Origin: Candidatus Kapaibacterium sp.
GTDB taxonomy: Bacteria; Bacteroidota; Ignavibacteria; Palsa-1295
Length of the DNA: 56,169 nucleotides
Assembly: GCA_046590195.1 (NCBI GenBank)
Contig: JBKJTP010000084.1
Location: forward strand, 1 to 56,169
Reading direction: 5' to 3'
How positions within the stretch are numbered: the stretch's first letter is position 1; each line of letters begins with the position of its first letter. Both the position numbers and the translations under genes were made by a program. A model generated the notes under the pieces. That model made no database searches. It had not been told where the DNA came from and saw nothing but the letters and a program-made list of their open reading frames with translations. Of this stretch, positions 1 to 8,793 are shown piece after piece.

Positions 1-1
1 C

Positions 2-1285
2 ACAGTCTGGCACAATGATGCTACTAATCTCTGGTACATTTGGGATGGTTCGGATTTCGTTCTTGCCGAGCCAATGTATTACCACGAAGACCCTTATCCG
101 TCACCACGTCTTGCCGGCTTTTACTGGTACGACATCACAACCAGTCTACTCAAGCGTTGGAGTGGTACCGCATGGGTGACCACGGCGCACACCACAACTG
201 TGGTTGGTAATGTAATCGGTTCGTTCTGGTTCAATAGTGTTGACGATGAGTTATTTTCGTGGTCTGGTACTGCATGGGTGGCCTCTATTGGCCTTGCGTC
301 GATTGTGATGGTACCACCGACCCTCAGCACGGGTAGAAGCTACTTGTCGTTCTACACTCGCGATATTGGCTGTTCCTCTAGCATTGAGGTTGTATCCGGT
401 TCAACGCTCCTGTTGGCGCTCCTAACGCAGCCTGTCATCTTCACTGATCCTGTTAGTGGTGAAGACGGCAAGGTTGGTGGAACGCTAGCTAAGCAGCTTG
501 GTGTCGGTGATGACGGTAGTCCAGACGAACGCCGCACACTGCATAATGATATCCGTTCCATGCTTGGTCATCCTGTGATTCAGGTCGAATTGACAAAGGA
601 ACAATTGGACATTTGTGTTGACTTGGCGCTACGTGAACTCCGCAAGTATTCGTCATTCTCCTACAAGCGTGTGGTGTTCTTCCTCGACCTCAAGCCGAAC
701 CAGCAGACGTACCTAATGACCAATCGTTGTGTTGGCTTCAACAAGATTACCGGTATCAACTCCATCCATCGTTCTCGTGGCTTGGCGATGAGTTCCGCTT
801 CGATTGATGGTGACATGTTTACTTACGCTGCAATCCAGCGCCTGTACACCATGGGCACCTTCGACATGTTGACATACTATCTTGTTTCTGCCTACATGGA
901 AGAACTGGAAACGCTATTCGCTAATCGAATTATGTTCAACTGGAATGAGTTGGACCGTGAGCTTGGTATCTTCCAGAAGGTCGGTAGAAACGAGCGTGTG
1001 CTTATAGACGCCTTCATCGAGCGTACCGAACAGGACTTGATGATTGACCGCCAGACGGGCTTGTGGCTTCAGCGGTGGGCTCTGGCTGAGGCCAAGCGCA
1101 TCCTGTCGCAGAGCCGTGGCAAGTTCCAGACTCTGCCGGGTCCGAACGGCTCCACGACTCTCAATGCGCAAGACCTACAGCAGCAGGCTCAGGACGAGAT
1201 GGAAAAGCTACGTGAACAACTTGAAGACGGAAGCATGCAGAATTATACTGGTCTTGGCTTAAGAGCGCATCTGATTATGGGGTAA
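2..1285 (+). CDS. neck protein, T4 gp13-like; 5' end runs off the window; N-terminal Trp-rich repeat extension
   Basis: The frame is open from nt 2, with no stop before the listed ATG at 74. The C-terminal ~270 aa match remembered T4 gp13 blocks: LGHPVIQVELTKEQLDICVDLALRELRKY vs T4 [29 protein letters not shown], plus the C-terminal WLQRWALAEAKRIL...EKLREQLE block. The N-terminus has 3 copies of a [FL]W[YF]x(10-14)Wx(2-4)W[VI] motif. Confidence 0.65.
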   Translation, partial: TVWHNDATNLWYIWDGSDFVLAEPMYYHEDPYPSPRLAGFYWYDITTSLLKRWSGTAWVTTAHTTTVVGNVIGSFWFNSVDDELFSWSGTAWVASIGLASIVMVPPTLSTGRSYLSFYTRDIGCSSSIEVVSGSTLLLALLTQPVIFTDPVSGEDGKVGGTLAKQLGVGDDGSPDERRTLHNDIRSMLGHPVIQVELTKEQLDICVDLALRELRKYSSFSYKRVVFFLDLKPNQQTYLMTNRCVGFNKITGINSIHRSRGLAMSSASIDGDMFTYAAIQRLYTMGTFDMLTYYLVSAYMEELETLFANRIMFNWNELDRELGIFQKVGRNERVLIDAFIERTEQDLMIDRQTGLWLQRWALAEAKRILSQSRGKFQTLPGPNGSTTLNAQDLQQQAQDEMEKLREQLEDGSMQNYTGLGLRAHLIMG

Positions 1286-1304
1286 TGCGCACATTTTGCA
1301 CGTA

Positions 1305-1338
1305 GGTTCTCCTAGACCATAAATAGTCTAGGAGAACC
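1305..1338 (+). promoter_or_regulatory. 13-bp perfect hairpin with CATAAATA in the loop; the 3' arm contains the SD of the downstream endonuclease gene; may also terminate the neck gene
   Basis: GGTTCTCCTAGAC (1305-1317), loop CATAAATA (1318-1325), GTCTAGGAGAACC (1326-1338), then TTT and ATG at 1342. AGGAGA lies within the 3' arm. Confidence 0.6.
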
Positions 1339-1341
1339 TTT

Positions 1342-2160
1342 ATGCCAGTACGAAAAACCACAGAAGCCTTTATCATAGAGTCTAGGATGGTTCATGGTAG
1401 TAAATACGATTATTCCCGTGTTGTATATAAGAACAATAGCTCCAAGATCGAAATAGGATGCCCGTCGCATGGATACTATTTCGCTATTGCTAAACGGCAT
1501 TCTCATCATGAGCAAGGATGTCCGATTTGTGGAATAGGAGCGTTGAATCATAAGAACCACTCGCTTAATAACAGAAAAACGCAGGAGCAATTCTTACTGG
1601 ATGCCGAAAGAGTCCATGGTGATAAATTCGATTACAGCTTATGTCGTTACGAGGGCGGTAAGAAAAAGATGCCGATTATCTGTAGAACTCATGGCATTTT
1701 TTATCAGCACAGTGAGAACCATATTAATGCCGGGACCGGATGTCTAAAGTGTTACCGTGAGAGTAGAATAGGAAAGAAAGCGGTAAGCGGATATTGTGCT
1801 GCGTATTTTGCATCTTATCCAGAAAGACGAGGAATCCCGGCTTTGGTATACGTGGCAAGGATGCAACATCTAAACGATGACTTCATTAAGATTGGAATAA
1901 CCACTAAAAACTCAGTTAAGCAACGATTTTATTATCATGCCAAACATGGTACTGTGATTACGCCCTTGATAGAAAAACAAGAAACTCTATATGACGCCTT
2001 TGTGGTGGAAACTGAAATATTATTGGCGCTCGCATCTCATCGTTATTATCCGAATAGGAAATTCGCAGGCTACACTGAATGTGTCAAGATAAACGCTGAG
2101 TCACTATCCCTGTTGTCCGGCTACTTCGGTATAAATATACAAGAACTGATAGTGAACTGA
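1342..2160 (+). CDS. free-standing homing-endonuclease-like protein: two Zn-ribbon DNA-binding repeats plus a T5orf172 / GIY-YIG-superfamily-like C-terminal domain
   Basis: Two repeats VHGxK[YF]DYS...C..HG...GC..C. The C-terminus ALVYVARM..FIKIGIT...VKQRF....E..LL.....R....F.GYTEC resembles the T5orf172 pattern. Visibly AT-richer than its flanks. Sits between gp13-like and gp14-like genes that are adjacent in T4. Confidence 0.55.
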   Translation: MPVRKTTEAFIIESRMVHGSKYDYSRVVYKNNSSKIEIGCPSHGYYFAIAKRHSHHEQGCPICGIGALNHKNHSLNNRKTQEQFLLDAERVHGDKFDYSLCRYEGGKKKMPIICRTHGIFYQHSENHINAGTGCLKCYRESRIGKKAVSGYCAAYFASYPERRGIPALVYVARMQHLNDDFIKIGITTKNSVKQRFYYHAKHGTVITPLIEKQETLYDAFVVETEILLALASHRYYPNRKFAGYTECVKINAESLSLLSGYFGINIQELIVN

Positions 2161-2165
2161 GATAA

Positions 2166-3794
2166 ATGGATACCACAACCCCTAATTGCATCTCTTGCGG
2201 ACCTGAAGACGAAAATCCGCTCAACATCTCCAACTGCCCACCAGAAGTGACGGTTGAGACGCCCGAGACCGCCTGCGATTTCTGGGAACTGGTCAACAGT
2301 CCGGAAGCCTGCATCATTGGCGGGTTCATAGACGAATCGCTGACCATAGGTGGCGCTCCCCTGAATGTCTATAAGCTACTCGGTGTCCACGAACAGGATT
2401 TGTTACAGGACGTGTCCGGGCTTGGAGCGCCTATTTCGGGTGGCGACCACCCGAGCTTCCCGGCTAGCAACGCCTTCGATACCTACATTACGGAATGGCA
2501 CTCTCGTCAGACCGGTGTCGAGGTTACGACTTCGGCTTACATCGGCTACGACTTCGGTCCGATTAAGCTGAACAACGGTCGTCTTCGTTACGGAATCGAC
2601 ACCTTCATCAAGCATGACATCGCTGCCTTCCGTATCAAGCAGGGCTGCGAACCAGAAAATCGTGTCACCAAGGTTCGCGTGGAACGTTCCGCTGATGGTG
2701 TGAAGTGGTATGGTGTCACCATCCTAGACTTACAGGATTGTGATGGCCTCATCACTGTCTACTTCAACAAAAGTGTTCCGTCCCGCTACTGGCGTCTCCG
2801 TCCGACCGCATTCAATGGCGGCACGAATGACTTCTGGGCCGTACAGGCATTCCAGCTAATGGAATATGAAGCCACCAACATCAGTAACATTCAGGACAAG
2901 ATTTTCATGGAGAATCGCGACCGCGATTACAATGAATTTCCAATCCGGATGAAGTGTGCGTACACCCCACAGGATGTGGTCGCCAACCAGATGAAGTTCG
3001 GCTTCATGGGTGAGGAACAATACATTCTCGAAGTCTCCTTTGCACAGGCCGTTGCTAAGCTAGGACGCCCGTTTGTCATCGGTGACATTATACAGCTACC
3101 AAGCGAAACCCAGTACACACCGCTACTCAAGGCCAAGAACAAGTACCTTGAGGTCATGGACGTGGGTTGGAGTACGAACGGGTTCACCCCGACGTGGGTA
3201 CCGACCATGCAGCGTCTGATTGCTAAGCCGGCGTTTGCCTCGCAAGAAACACAGAAGGTCATGGGTAAGCTGACAGGTTCAGTGGACACCAGCGGCCTGT
3301 TTGATGTAGACGACGGAAACGCCGCTAAATATCAGGATTATTCGGACGTATCGCAGGCTATCAAGGCTGAGGCAAACACCAAGGTACCGCAAGACGGTGC
3401 CGACTACGCGAACATTCCCGTTCTTTCTGATGCGCTAATCAATTATGGCGCAGAAAGAAATCTAGACCTAACCAAACTGTCACGTCGTCGCCATCCACAT
3501 GGTGTTGACGCTATGCCACCAAACGGGTTACCCTTCACCGAGGGTGATGTTCTTCCGGATAGCCCAAAGGACCAAGCATACCATCGCCTCACCTACACAT
3601 CTGTTGGTAAGGGAATTCCAGCGCGTCTATATCGTTACTCTGCGGCCAAGCGACTGTGGATTTTCCTAGAGACCGACCAACGCTACCGTATGAAGAATAC
3701 GCGTTCGCAACTGGAAGAATTCAAGAATGGTAACCATACCGGTCGTGCGGTGCCGGCAGATAACGTTGACGACGAACTGGCGAAGGACGTATAA
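2166..3794 (+). CDS. neck protein, T4 gp14-like core with an N-terminal discoidin (F5/8 type C)-like domain
   Basis: WHSRQTG..AYIGYDFG...FRIKQG...KVRVERSADGVKWYGV...SRYWRLRP..WAVQAFQL fits a galactose-binding-like/discoidin pattern. Downstream, RPFVIGDIIQLPSE...YLEVMDVGW resembles the T4 gp14 block GDLIYFPMDNSLFEINWVE. Position follows the gp13-like gene. Confidence 0.45.
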   Translation: MDTTTPNCISCGPEDENPLNISNCPPEVTVETPETACDFWELVNSPEACIIGGFIDESLTIGGAPLNVYKLLGVHEQDLLQDVSGLGAPISGGDHPSFPASNAFDTYITEWHSRQTGVEVTTSAYIGYDFGPIKLNNGRLRYGIDTFIKHDIAAFRIKQGCEPENRVTKVRVERSADGVKWYGVTILDLQDCDGLITVYFNKSVPSRYWRLRPTAFNGGTNDFWAVQAFQLMEYEATNISNIQDKIFMENRDRDYNEFPIRMKCAYTPQDVVANQMKFGFMGEEQYILEVSFAQAVAKLGRPFVIGDIIQLPSETQYTPLLKAKNKYLEVMDVGWSTNGFTPTWVPTMQRLIAKPAFASQETQKVMGKLTGSVDTSGLFDVDDGNAAKYQDYSDVSQAIKAEANTKVPQDGADYANIPVLSDALINYGAERNLDLTKLSRRRHPHGVDAMPPNGLPFTEGDVLPDSPKDQAYHRLTYTSVGKGIPARLYRYSAAKRLWIFLETDQRYRMKNTRSQLEEFKNGNHTGRAVPADNVDDELAKDV

Positions 3795-3815
3795 TCTTCG
3801 CCACGCGGAGATTGT

Positions 3816-5477
3816 ATGAATTCAAACGAACAAAAACTCATCATTGATAATCTATTGTCATCGGCCGAGCTTTATGCCCGATGCGCCGGCATTGTCGAGG
3901 GTGAGTATTTCGATCCGGAATACCAGAATGTAATTAATTACATTAAGACGTATACCGACAAGTATGGCGCAACGCCAGACTTCGACCGCGTGAACGCCAA
4001 GTTCGATCTTGGCTTCAAGAAGCGCGCTGTAACTTTACCTGAAATCAAGGAAAACTGCGACTCGATAGAGCTATTCTGTCAGCAGCAGGCTCTATCTGCG
4101 GCTGTTCTAGCCGCTCTGGAAGACATCGAATCGGGCAACCTAGGGGCGATGAAGGCCCGTATCGACAAGGCATCCCTTATATCCCTTGAAAAGGATATGG
4201 GTGTCGAGATGTTCGAGAACCCGGAAGCCTATCTAATCAGTCTTCTAGAAAACGACATTTACTACTCCACCGGAATCAAGGGTCTCGACGACTATCTTGA
4301 CGGTGGTCTTGCTCGTAAGCAGCTTACACTTTTCTCCGCCAACTCCGGCGGTGGTAAGTCTGTAATGCTATCAAATCTCGGCGTCAACTACGCCCTGATT
4401 CATGGTATGAACGTGCTGTACATCTCGCTGGAACTTCCAGAGACGATGATTTACAAGCGCAATGCTTTCATTATGTCGGGCGTAAGCGCGAAGGAGTGGA
4501 AGGAAAAGCTCATCTCCATCGCGGCCAAGATCAACTCCATCAAGGCGGATGGTGCAGGCAGCTACCGAGTCAAGCGTCTACCGACCGGCTCTAACACCAA
4601 CGATATCCGTTCTTACCTGAAACAGTACGAACTGACGTATGGTTTCTGCCCCGATGTAATCATCGTCGATTACCTCGATGTTATGAGCCCGAACGAGGGC
4701 ACCAAGAATCTATCAGTATCCGAGCAGGACAAGCAAAAGGCTGAACAGCTTACACAGCTTCTGCATGACTACAATGCTATCGGCCTGTCCGCTTCACAGC
4801 AGAACCGCGAAGCCATAACAATGTCAGACCCTAATCAGGGCGTCATTGCCGGCGGTTTGACCAAGGTCAATGCAGTAGACAATTACGTCTCATTGTACAT
4901 GTCCCCAGAGCTTAGAGCCAAGGGTCAGTTTCTGATTTTCTTTCTCAAGACGCGATCATCAGATGGTGTAGGTAAGAAAACCATGCTCTCATTCGATAAC
5001 TCATGCCTGAGAATGGGTGACTTCGACGGGGGTGGCATGAGTTCTATTGCTGAATCCGCAAAGAAGCGAAAAAAGAAGGCAGACCTTGATAAGGCATTAG
5101 GTGTTTCCTTAACTGAACAAATTGAAGGATTACCCGGTGCCGAACCTGCTACTACACCCACACCAAGGCTGGACAAATTCGAGGAAAAGCTGGACAATAG
5201 CGTCACTGTAACTCGAACTGCAACAAAGCGAGATAATGTTGCGGACGTAGGTAAGCTACTCAAGGATTCCAAGAAGACGATCAAGCAGAAAACTGCTCTC
5301 GACCATATGGATGAAGAAGAGCAGATTACCAGCTACGGTAAGGGTACGATTCCACAACAGCAAGCAGTAACTAATCCGGAAACTGGAAAGGTACTTGACG
5401 ATGAGACGGTTGAGTTCATTGAAAAGAACGAACTGGATAAGGGCGCAGTAGAATTCATAATGAGTTTCATGGAGTAA
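3816..5477 (+). CDS. DnaB-family replicative DNA helicase (T4 gp41-like) with a ~150-aa charged C-terminal extension
   Basis: Walker A SANSGGGKSVML, Walker B VIIVDYLDVM, SASQQNREA motif. Confidence 0.85.
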   Translation: MNSNEQKLIIDNLLSSAELYARCAGIVEGEYFDPEYQNVINYIKTYTDKYGATPDFDRVNAKFDLGFKKRAVTLPEIKENCDSIELFCQQQALSAAVLAALEDIESGNLGAMKARIDKASLISLEKDMGVEMFENPEAYLISLLENDIYYSTGIKGLDDYLDGGLARKQLTLFSANSGGGKSVMLSNLGVNYALIHGMNVLYISLELPETMIYKRNAFIMSGVSAKEWKEKLISIAAKINSIKADGAGSYRVKRLPTGSNTNDIRSYLKQYELTYGFCPDVIIVDYLDVMSPNEGTKNLSVSEQDKQKAEQLTQLLHDYNAIGLSASQQNREAITMSDPNQGVIAGGLTKVNAVDNYVSLYMSPELRAKGQFLIFFLKTRSSDGVGKKTMLSFDNSCLRMGDFDGGGMSSIAESAKKRKKKADLDKALGVSLTEQIEGLPGAEPATTPTPRLDKFEEKLDNSVTVTRTATKRDNVADVGKLLKDSKKTIKQKTALDHMDEEEQITSYGKGTIPQQQAVTNPETGKVLDDETVEFIEKNELDKGAVEFIMSFME

Positions 5478-5478
5478 T

Positions 5479-5718
5479 ATGACAGTAAATAAGACAGTTA
5501 CATTCAAGGTCGGTGAGAAAACAGTAGTCATCTCCGAGCTAGCTGCTGAGCTTCGAGAGCGTTTCGCAACGCTGGATACATTTCGTCAACGCCAGTCTGA
5601 TGCGATGGCCGACCTAGAAATGGCAACCATGGCCGTGGCGGTTCTAACCAACCAGTTACAGAAGGCTATTCAAACTAAATTCACTAAGCCAGAGACCGGT
5701 AAGAACGAAAATGAGTAA
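5479..5718 (+). CDS. hypothetical protein
   Basis: ORF tightly coupled to the helicase stop (TAATATG). No motif recognised. Confidence 0.5.
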   Translation: MTVNKTVTFKVGEKTVVISELAAELRERFATLDTFRQRQSDAMADLEMATMAVAVLTNQLQKAIQTKFTKPETGKNENE

Positions 5719-5974
5719 TGAAATCAAGGAGTTGCTGGATACTTACGAAGAGTACACCAAGCTATTCGCTACGCAGGTTTTCAGTCCTGTTGTATGGAAT
5801 GAACAAACCGGCTGTGAGATAGAAGAATACTTTGGATATGTAGCTTGTTGTGAAGTCCGGCTATACGATTTTTCAACGTGGTATGAACATACTCACAGTA
5901 AAGAGTATCCGAAGGGAATCGACTGGGACTTCTATAAGACCCACAAGTTCTCGCTCTTGTCCTACCACTCATAA
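5711..5974 (+). CDS. hypothetical protein
   Basis: ORF overlapping the previous stop by 8 nt. No motif recognised. Confidence 0.5.
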   Translation: MSNEIKELLDTYEEYTKLFATQVFSPVVWNEQTGCEIEEYFGYVACCEVRLYDFSTWYEHTHSKEYPKGIDWDFYKTHKFSLLSYHS

Positions 5975-5993
5975 ATACCGTATTACTCGGTAT
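5970..5993 (+). promoter_or_regulatory. late-promoter-like CATAAATA followed by a 6-bp hairpin upstream of the ATG at 5999
   Basis: CATAAATA at 5970-5977 embeds the TAA stop. ATACCG (5975-5980) pairs with CGGTAT (5988-5993). Confidence 0.4.
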
Positions 5994-5998
5994 TCACC

Positions 5999-6442
5999 AT
6001 GAAAAAGGCTATCGTAACCATACAGAAGAAAATTGCACATCCGCTTGAAGATGTCTTTGACATCGAGCCCGAGACTACTGAAGTCATTCGTCATGAGCAG
6101 AAGACCGAACTAGCAGTCGTTGCTGAGTACGATGAGAAAGACCAAGAAATCGAAGAGGCGATGCAGGAAGTGTACGATAAAGCTATGTCTGGCTACGAGC
6201 GTATACAAGACGAGTGTGAGGATATCGAAGGTCGGTATCTTCCTCGTATGATGGAAGTCGGTGTCCAACATCTGAAAATGGCGCTGGACGCCGCCGAAGC
6301 CAAGGCTAAGATTAAGGAATTGAAAGACAAACTCAGCGGAAAGGCAAAGGCCGGACCGCAGACTGTCAACAATAACTTGGTCATCAGTCGAGAAGAACTG
6401 CTTCGAACAATGTTCGAGAACGGAGATGATGAAAACAAGTAA
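5999..6442 (+). CDS. hypothetical acidic coiled-coil protein
   Basis: E/K/D-rich helical-looking ORF. No catalytic motif. Confidence 0.55.
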   Translation: MKKAIVTIQKKIAHPLEDVFDIEPETTEVIRHEQKTELAVVAEYDEKDQEIEEAMQEVYDKAMSGYERIQDECEDIEGRYLPRMMEVGVQHLKMALDAAEAKAKIKELKDKLSGKAKAGPQTVNNNLVISREELLRTMFENGDDENK

Positions 6443-7013
6443 CAAGTATTCTTGTCGCTTGAAACTGTCCGACGCTGGAAATGACTTCGGATATGCGGAG
6501 CATTGTTCCTATCTGGTGGCCGTGTTCAAGGTTAATCCTCCGCCATCAATGGCAGAAGATTACAGCTTAATCGCAGACGATTTAGGTGTTCCCACACATC
6601 ATAGTGTCAGGTCGGCGGTAAACTATCTCTACTCGTATTTCGCGTATCAACTCAATCAACGTTTCGCAGACGACGGTAGTCCCGAACACCTCTTCATATT
6701 CATCACTAATTTTGTAAATGGTCTCACTGATTTTTGTAAGAATGAGACCACGGAACGACTAGATATAGAGTCGATCAACTATCAGCAACTATTCGAAGAC
6801 TTGAAATTATTCAAGCTCCGTGCTATTGTTGGTGGTAGTAAAGAGCCGCATATTCGCATTGTTGACACTACTACAAAGCGGTTCATTTTCCAGATACGAA
6901 TAACAAAAACAAAAAGCTGGACTGCACTAACCAAAGTTGACCATAACTTCGAGCTTCATCTGGAAGTCGGCATAACGTTGGAAACAGTTCTGAATCCAAC
7001 GGAGCCGCAATAG
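6426..7013 (+). CDS. hypothetical protein
   Basis: ORF overlapping the previous gene by 17 nt. No motif recognised. Confidence 0.5.
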   Translation: MMKTSNKYSCRLKLSDAGNDFGYAEHCSYLVAVFKVNPPPSMAEDYSLIADDLGVPTHHSVRSAVNYLYSYFAYQLNQRFADDGSPEHLFIFITNFVNGLTDFCKNETTERLDIESINYQQLFEDLKLFKLRAIVGGSKEPHIRIVDTTTKRFIFQIRITKTKSWTALTKVDHNFELHLEVGITLETVLNPTEPQ

Positions 7014-7014
7014 C

Positions 7015-8793
7015 ATGTACGAACATTTGGAACTTCTGAATAGTAAGAAAACATCAACCGAAGAATTCATTGCACAGTACAAGGCTGCACACAAAGCCAA
7101 GCTGTCCAAGGAGCAGTTCTCCAAGCTTCTAGGCATCATGCCCGAGTCCATGCGTCGTCGTCGCTGGGCTGTCAGTAAGTCCAGCAGTGTTATGCTGCCG
7201 GAGTTGAAGTCCAGTGCCGATCAGGCTGAGCCGGACCACATTCCGCAGGATAAGCTTGAGAGCTACTACACCAATTTACAGGAACTAACCAAGAACGCCG
7301 CTGGCCGTTCCGAGATGAAGAACATCTCCGGCTTTAACCGTTATGTCATTACATCGGCGCAGAACAACACCCCGGTGCATGAGAAGTTCCTGTACACTCT
7401 GAACAACTACTGTGAGGTCAATGACGCTTGTCTGGTGGTCATTCCCTACCGCTACAAGAACCCGACCTCCGTCTTCACTCCGACGCAGGAATCCGAAGAA
7501 ATCTGGAATCCTCGCCTGACGCCATACATCATCGACGAGATGACTCGCCTGTCGAATAACTTGGTGCTTCTAGCCAATGTTAAAATCCAACCTACGGCCA
7601 TTCAGCCGCTATCCGGGTTCGACGGCTACACCGGTCTCGATTCCGCCATTCTAGGACACCCGAAGATTCAGCTTGTTACCGTCCCGACCCCAAGCCAGCA
7701 TCTTCCGAAGATTCTAGCCACCACGGGCTCCGTAACGCTGCCTAACTATACGGACAGCAAGGCCGGCTGGAAGGGTGAGTTCCATCATAGTCTCGCTGCA
7801 ATAGTCGTTGAAATCGACGCAGACGGTGACACGCACATCCGTCACATTCACGCTGACGATGTTACCGGGCACTTCTACGACCTCGACAAGTGCTACACCC
7901 CGACCGAAGTTACAGACGGCCACCGTGCCGCTGCACTGGTCACGGGCGACACCCATGCCGAGTTCATGGACGATAAGGTTAAGGCCGCGACGTATACGAA
8001 TGTAGACTCCATGTGCAGCCTACTACGTCCGGAGGTTATCGTCCGTCATGACGTGGAAGACTTCTACGCTCGTAACCATCATCACCGTGGCAATGACCTC
8101 ATTGCATTCGGCAAGCATCACTTCGGTCGTGACAATGTAGAAGAATCGCTACAGATTACAGCGAACTTCATTGACGAAACTACCTACCCGGAGAGCGTCA
8201 ACATCATCGTCAAGTCTAATCATGATGAGGCGTTGGACCGTTGGCTTCGTGAGGCCGAGCCAAAGTACGACCAAGAAAATGCCGTACTGTATTACTACAT
8301 GAAGTTCCATCAGATGCGTAATGTTCGCATGACGGAAACGGGATTTAGCAGCATCGACCCGTTCGAGTTCTGGTGTCATAATCCATTAGACCAGAAGGGT
8401 CTACGTAACAAGGCGCAGACCAAGTTCCTGAAGCGCGATGAGTCGTTCCGCGTCTCTGACGTGGAGTTAGGTTTCCATGGCGACATCGGTCCGAACGGAG
8501 CGCGGGGCAGCATCAAGTCCTTCGCCAAGATAGGTCCGAAGACCATCATCGGTCATAGCCATTCTCCGGGTATCCACGAGGGTTGCTATCAGGTCGGCGT
8601 CAGTGCCAAGCTCAACCTCGAATACGCTTCAGGTCCAAGCTCGTGGTCGCACACGCACTGCATTGTCTATCCGGATGGCTCGCGTACACTGGTCCACGTA
8701 ATCAATGGCAAGTGGCGCACCGCTGGCACGGTACCGCAGGATGACAAGGGTAAGGTCCGAGTAAAGTTCATCGACGCTATTGACGCAGAATAA
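7015..8793 (+). CDS. calcineurin-like metallophosphoesterase-domain protein with a ~300-aa unknown N-terminal region
   Basis: The ordered metallophosphoesterase motif set is visible: TGDTH (DxH), HDVEDF (GDxxD-like), KSNHDE (GNHD/E), GFHGD, GHSHSPG (GHxH). Confidence 0.55.
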   Translation: MYEHLELLNSKKTSTEEFIAQYKAAHKAKLSKEQFSKLLGIMPESMRRRRWAVSKSSSVMLPELKSSADQAEPDHIPQDKLESYYTNLQELTKNAAGRSEMKNISGFNRYVITSAQNNTPVHEKFLYTLNNYCEVNDACLVVIPYRYKNPTSVFTPTQESEEIWNPRLTPYIIDEMTRLSNNLVLLANVKIQPTAIQPLSGFDGYTGLDSAILGHPKIQLVTVPTPSQHLPKILATTGSVTLPNYTDSKAGWKGEFHHSLAAIVVEIDADGDTHIRHIHADDVTGHFYDLDKCYTPTEVTDGHRAAALVTGDTHAEFMDDKVKAATYTNVDSMCSLLRPEVIVRHDVEDFYARNHHHRGNDLIAFGKHHFGRDNVEESLQITANFIDETTYPESVNIIVKSNHDEALDRWLREAEPKYDQENAVLYYYMKFHQMRNVRMTETGFSSIDPFEFWCHNPLDQKGLRNKAQTKFLKRDESFRVSDVELGFHGDIGPNGARGSIKSFAKIGPKTIIGHSHSPGIHEGCYQVGVSAKLNLEYASGPSSWSHTHCIVYPDGSRTLVHVINGKWRTAGTVPQDDKGKVRVKFIDAIDAE

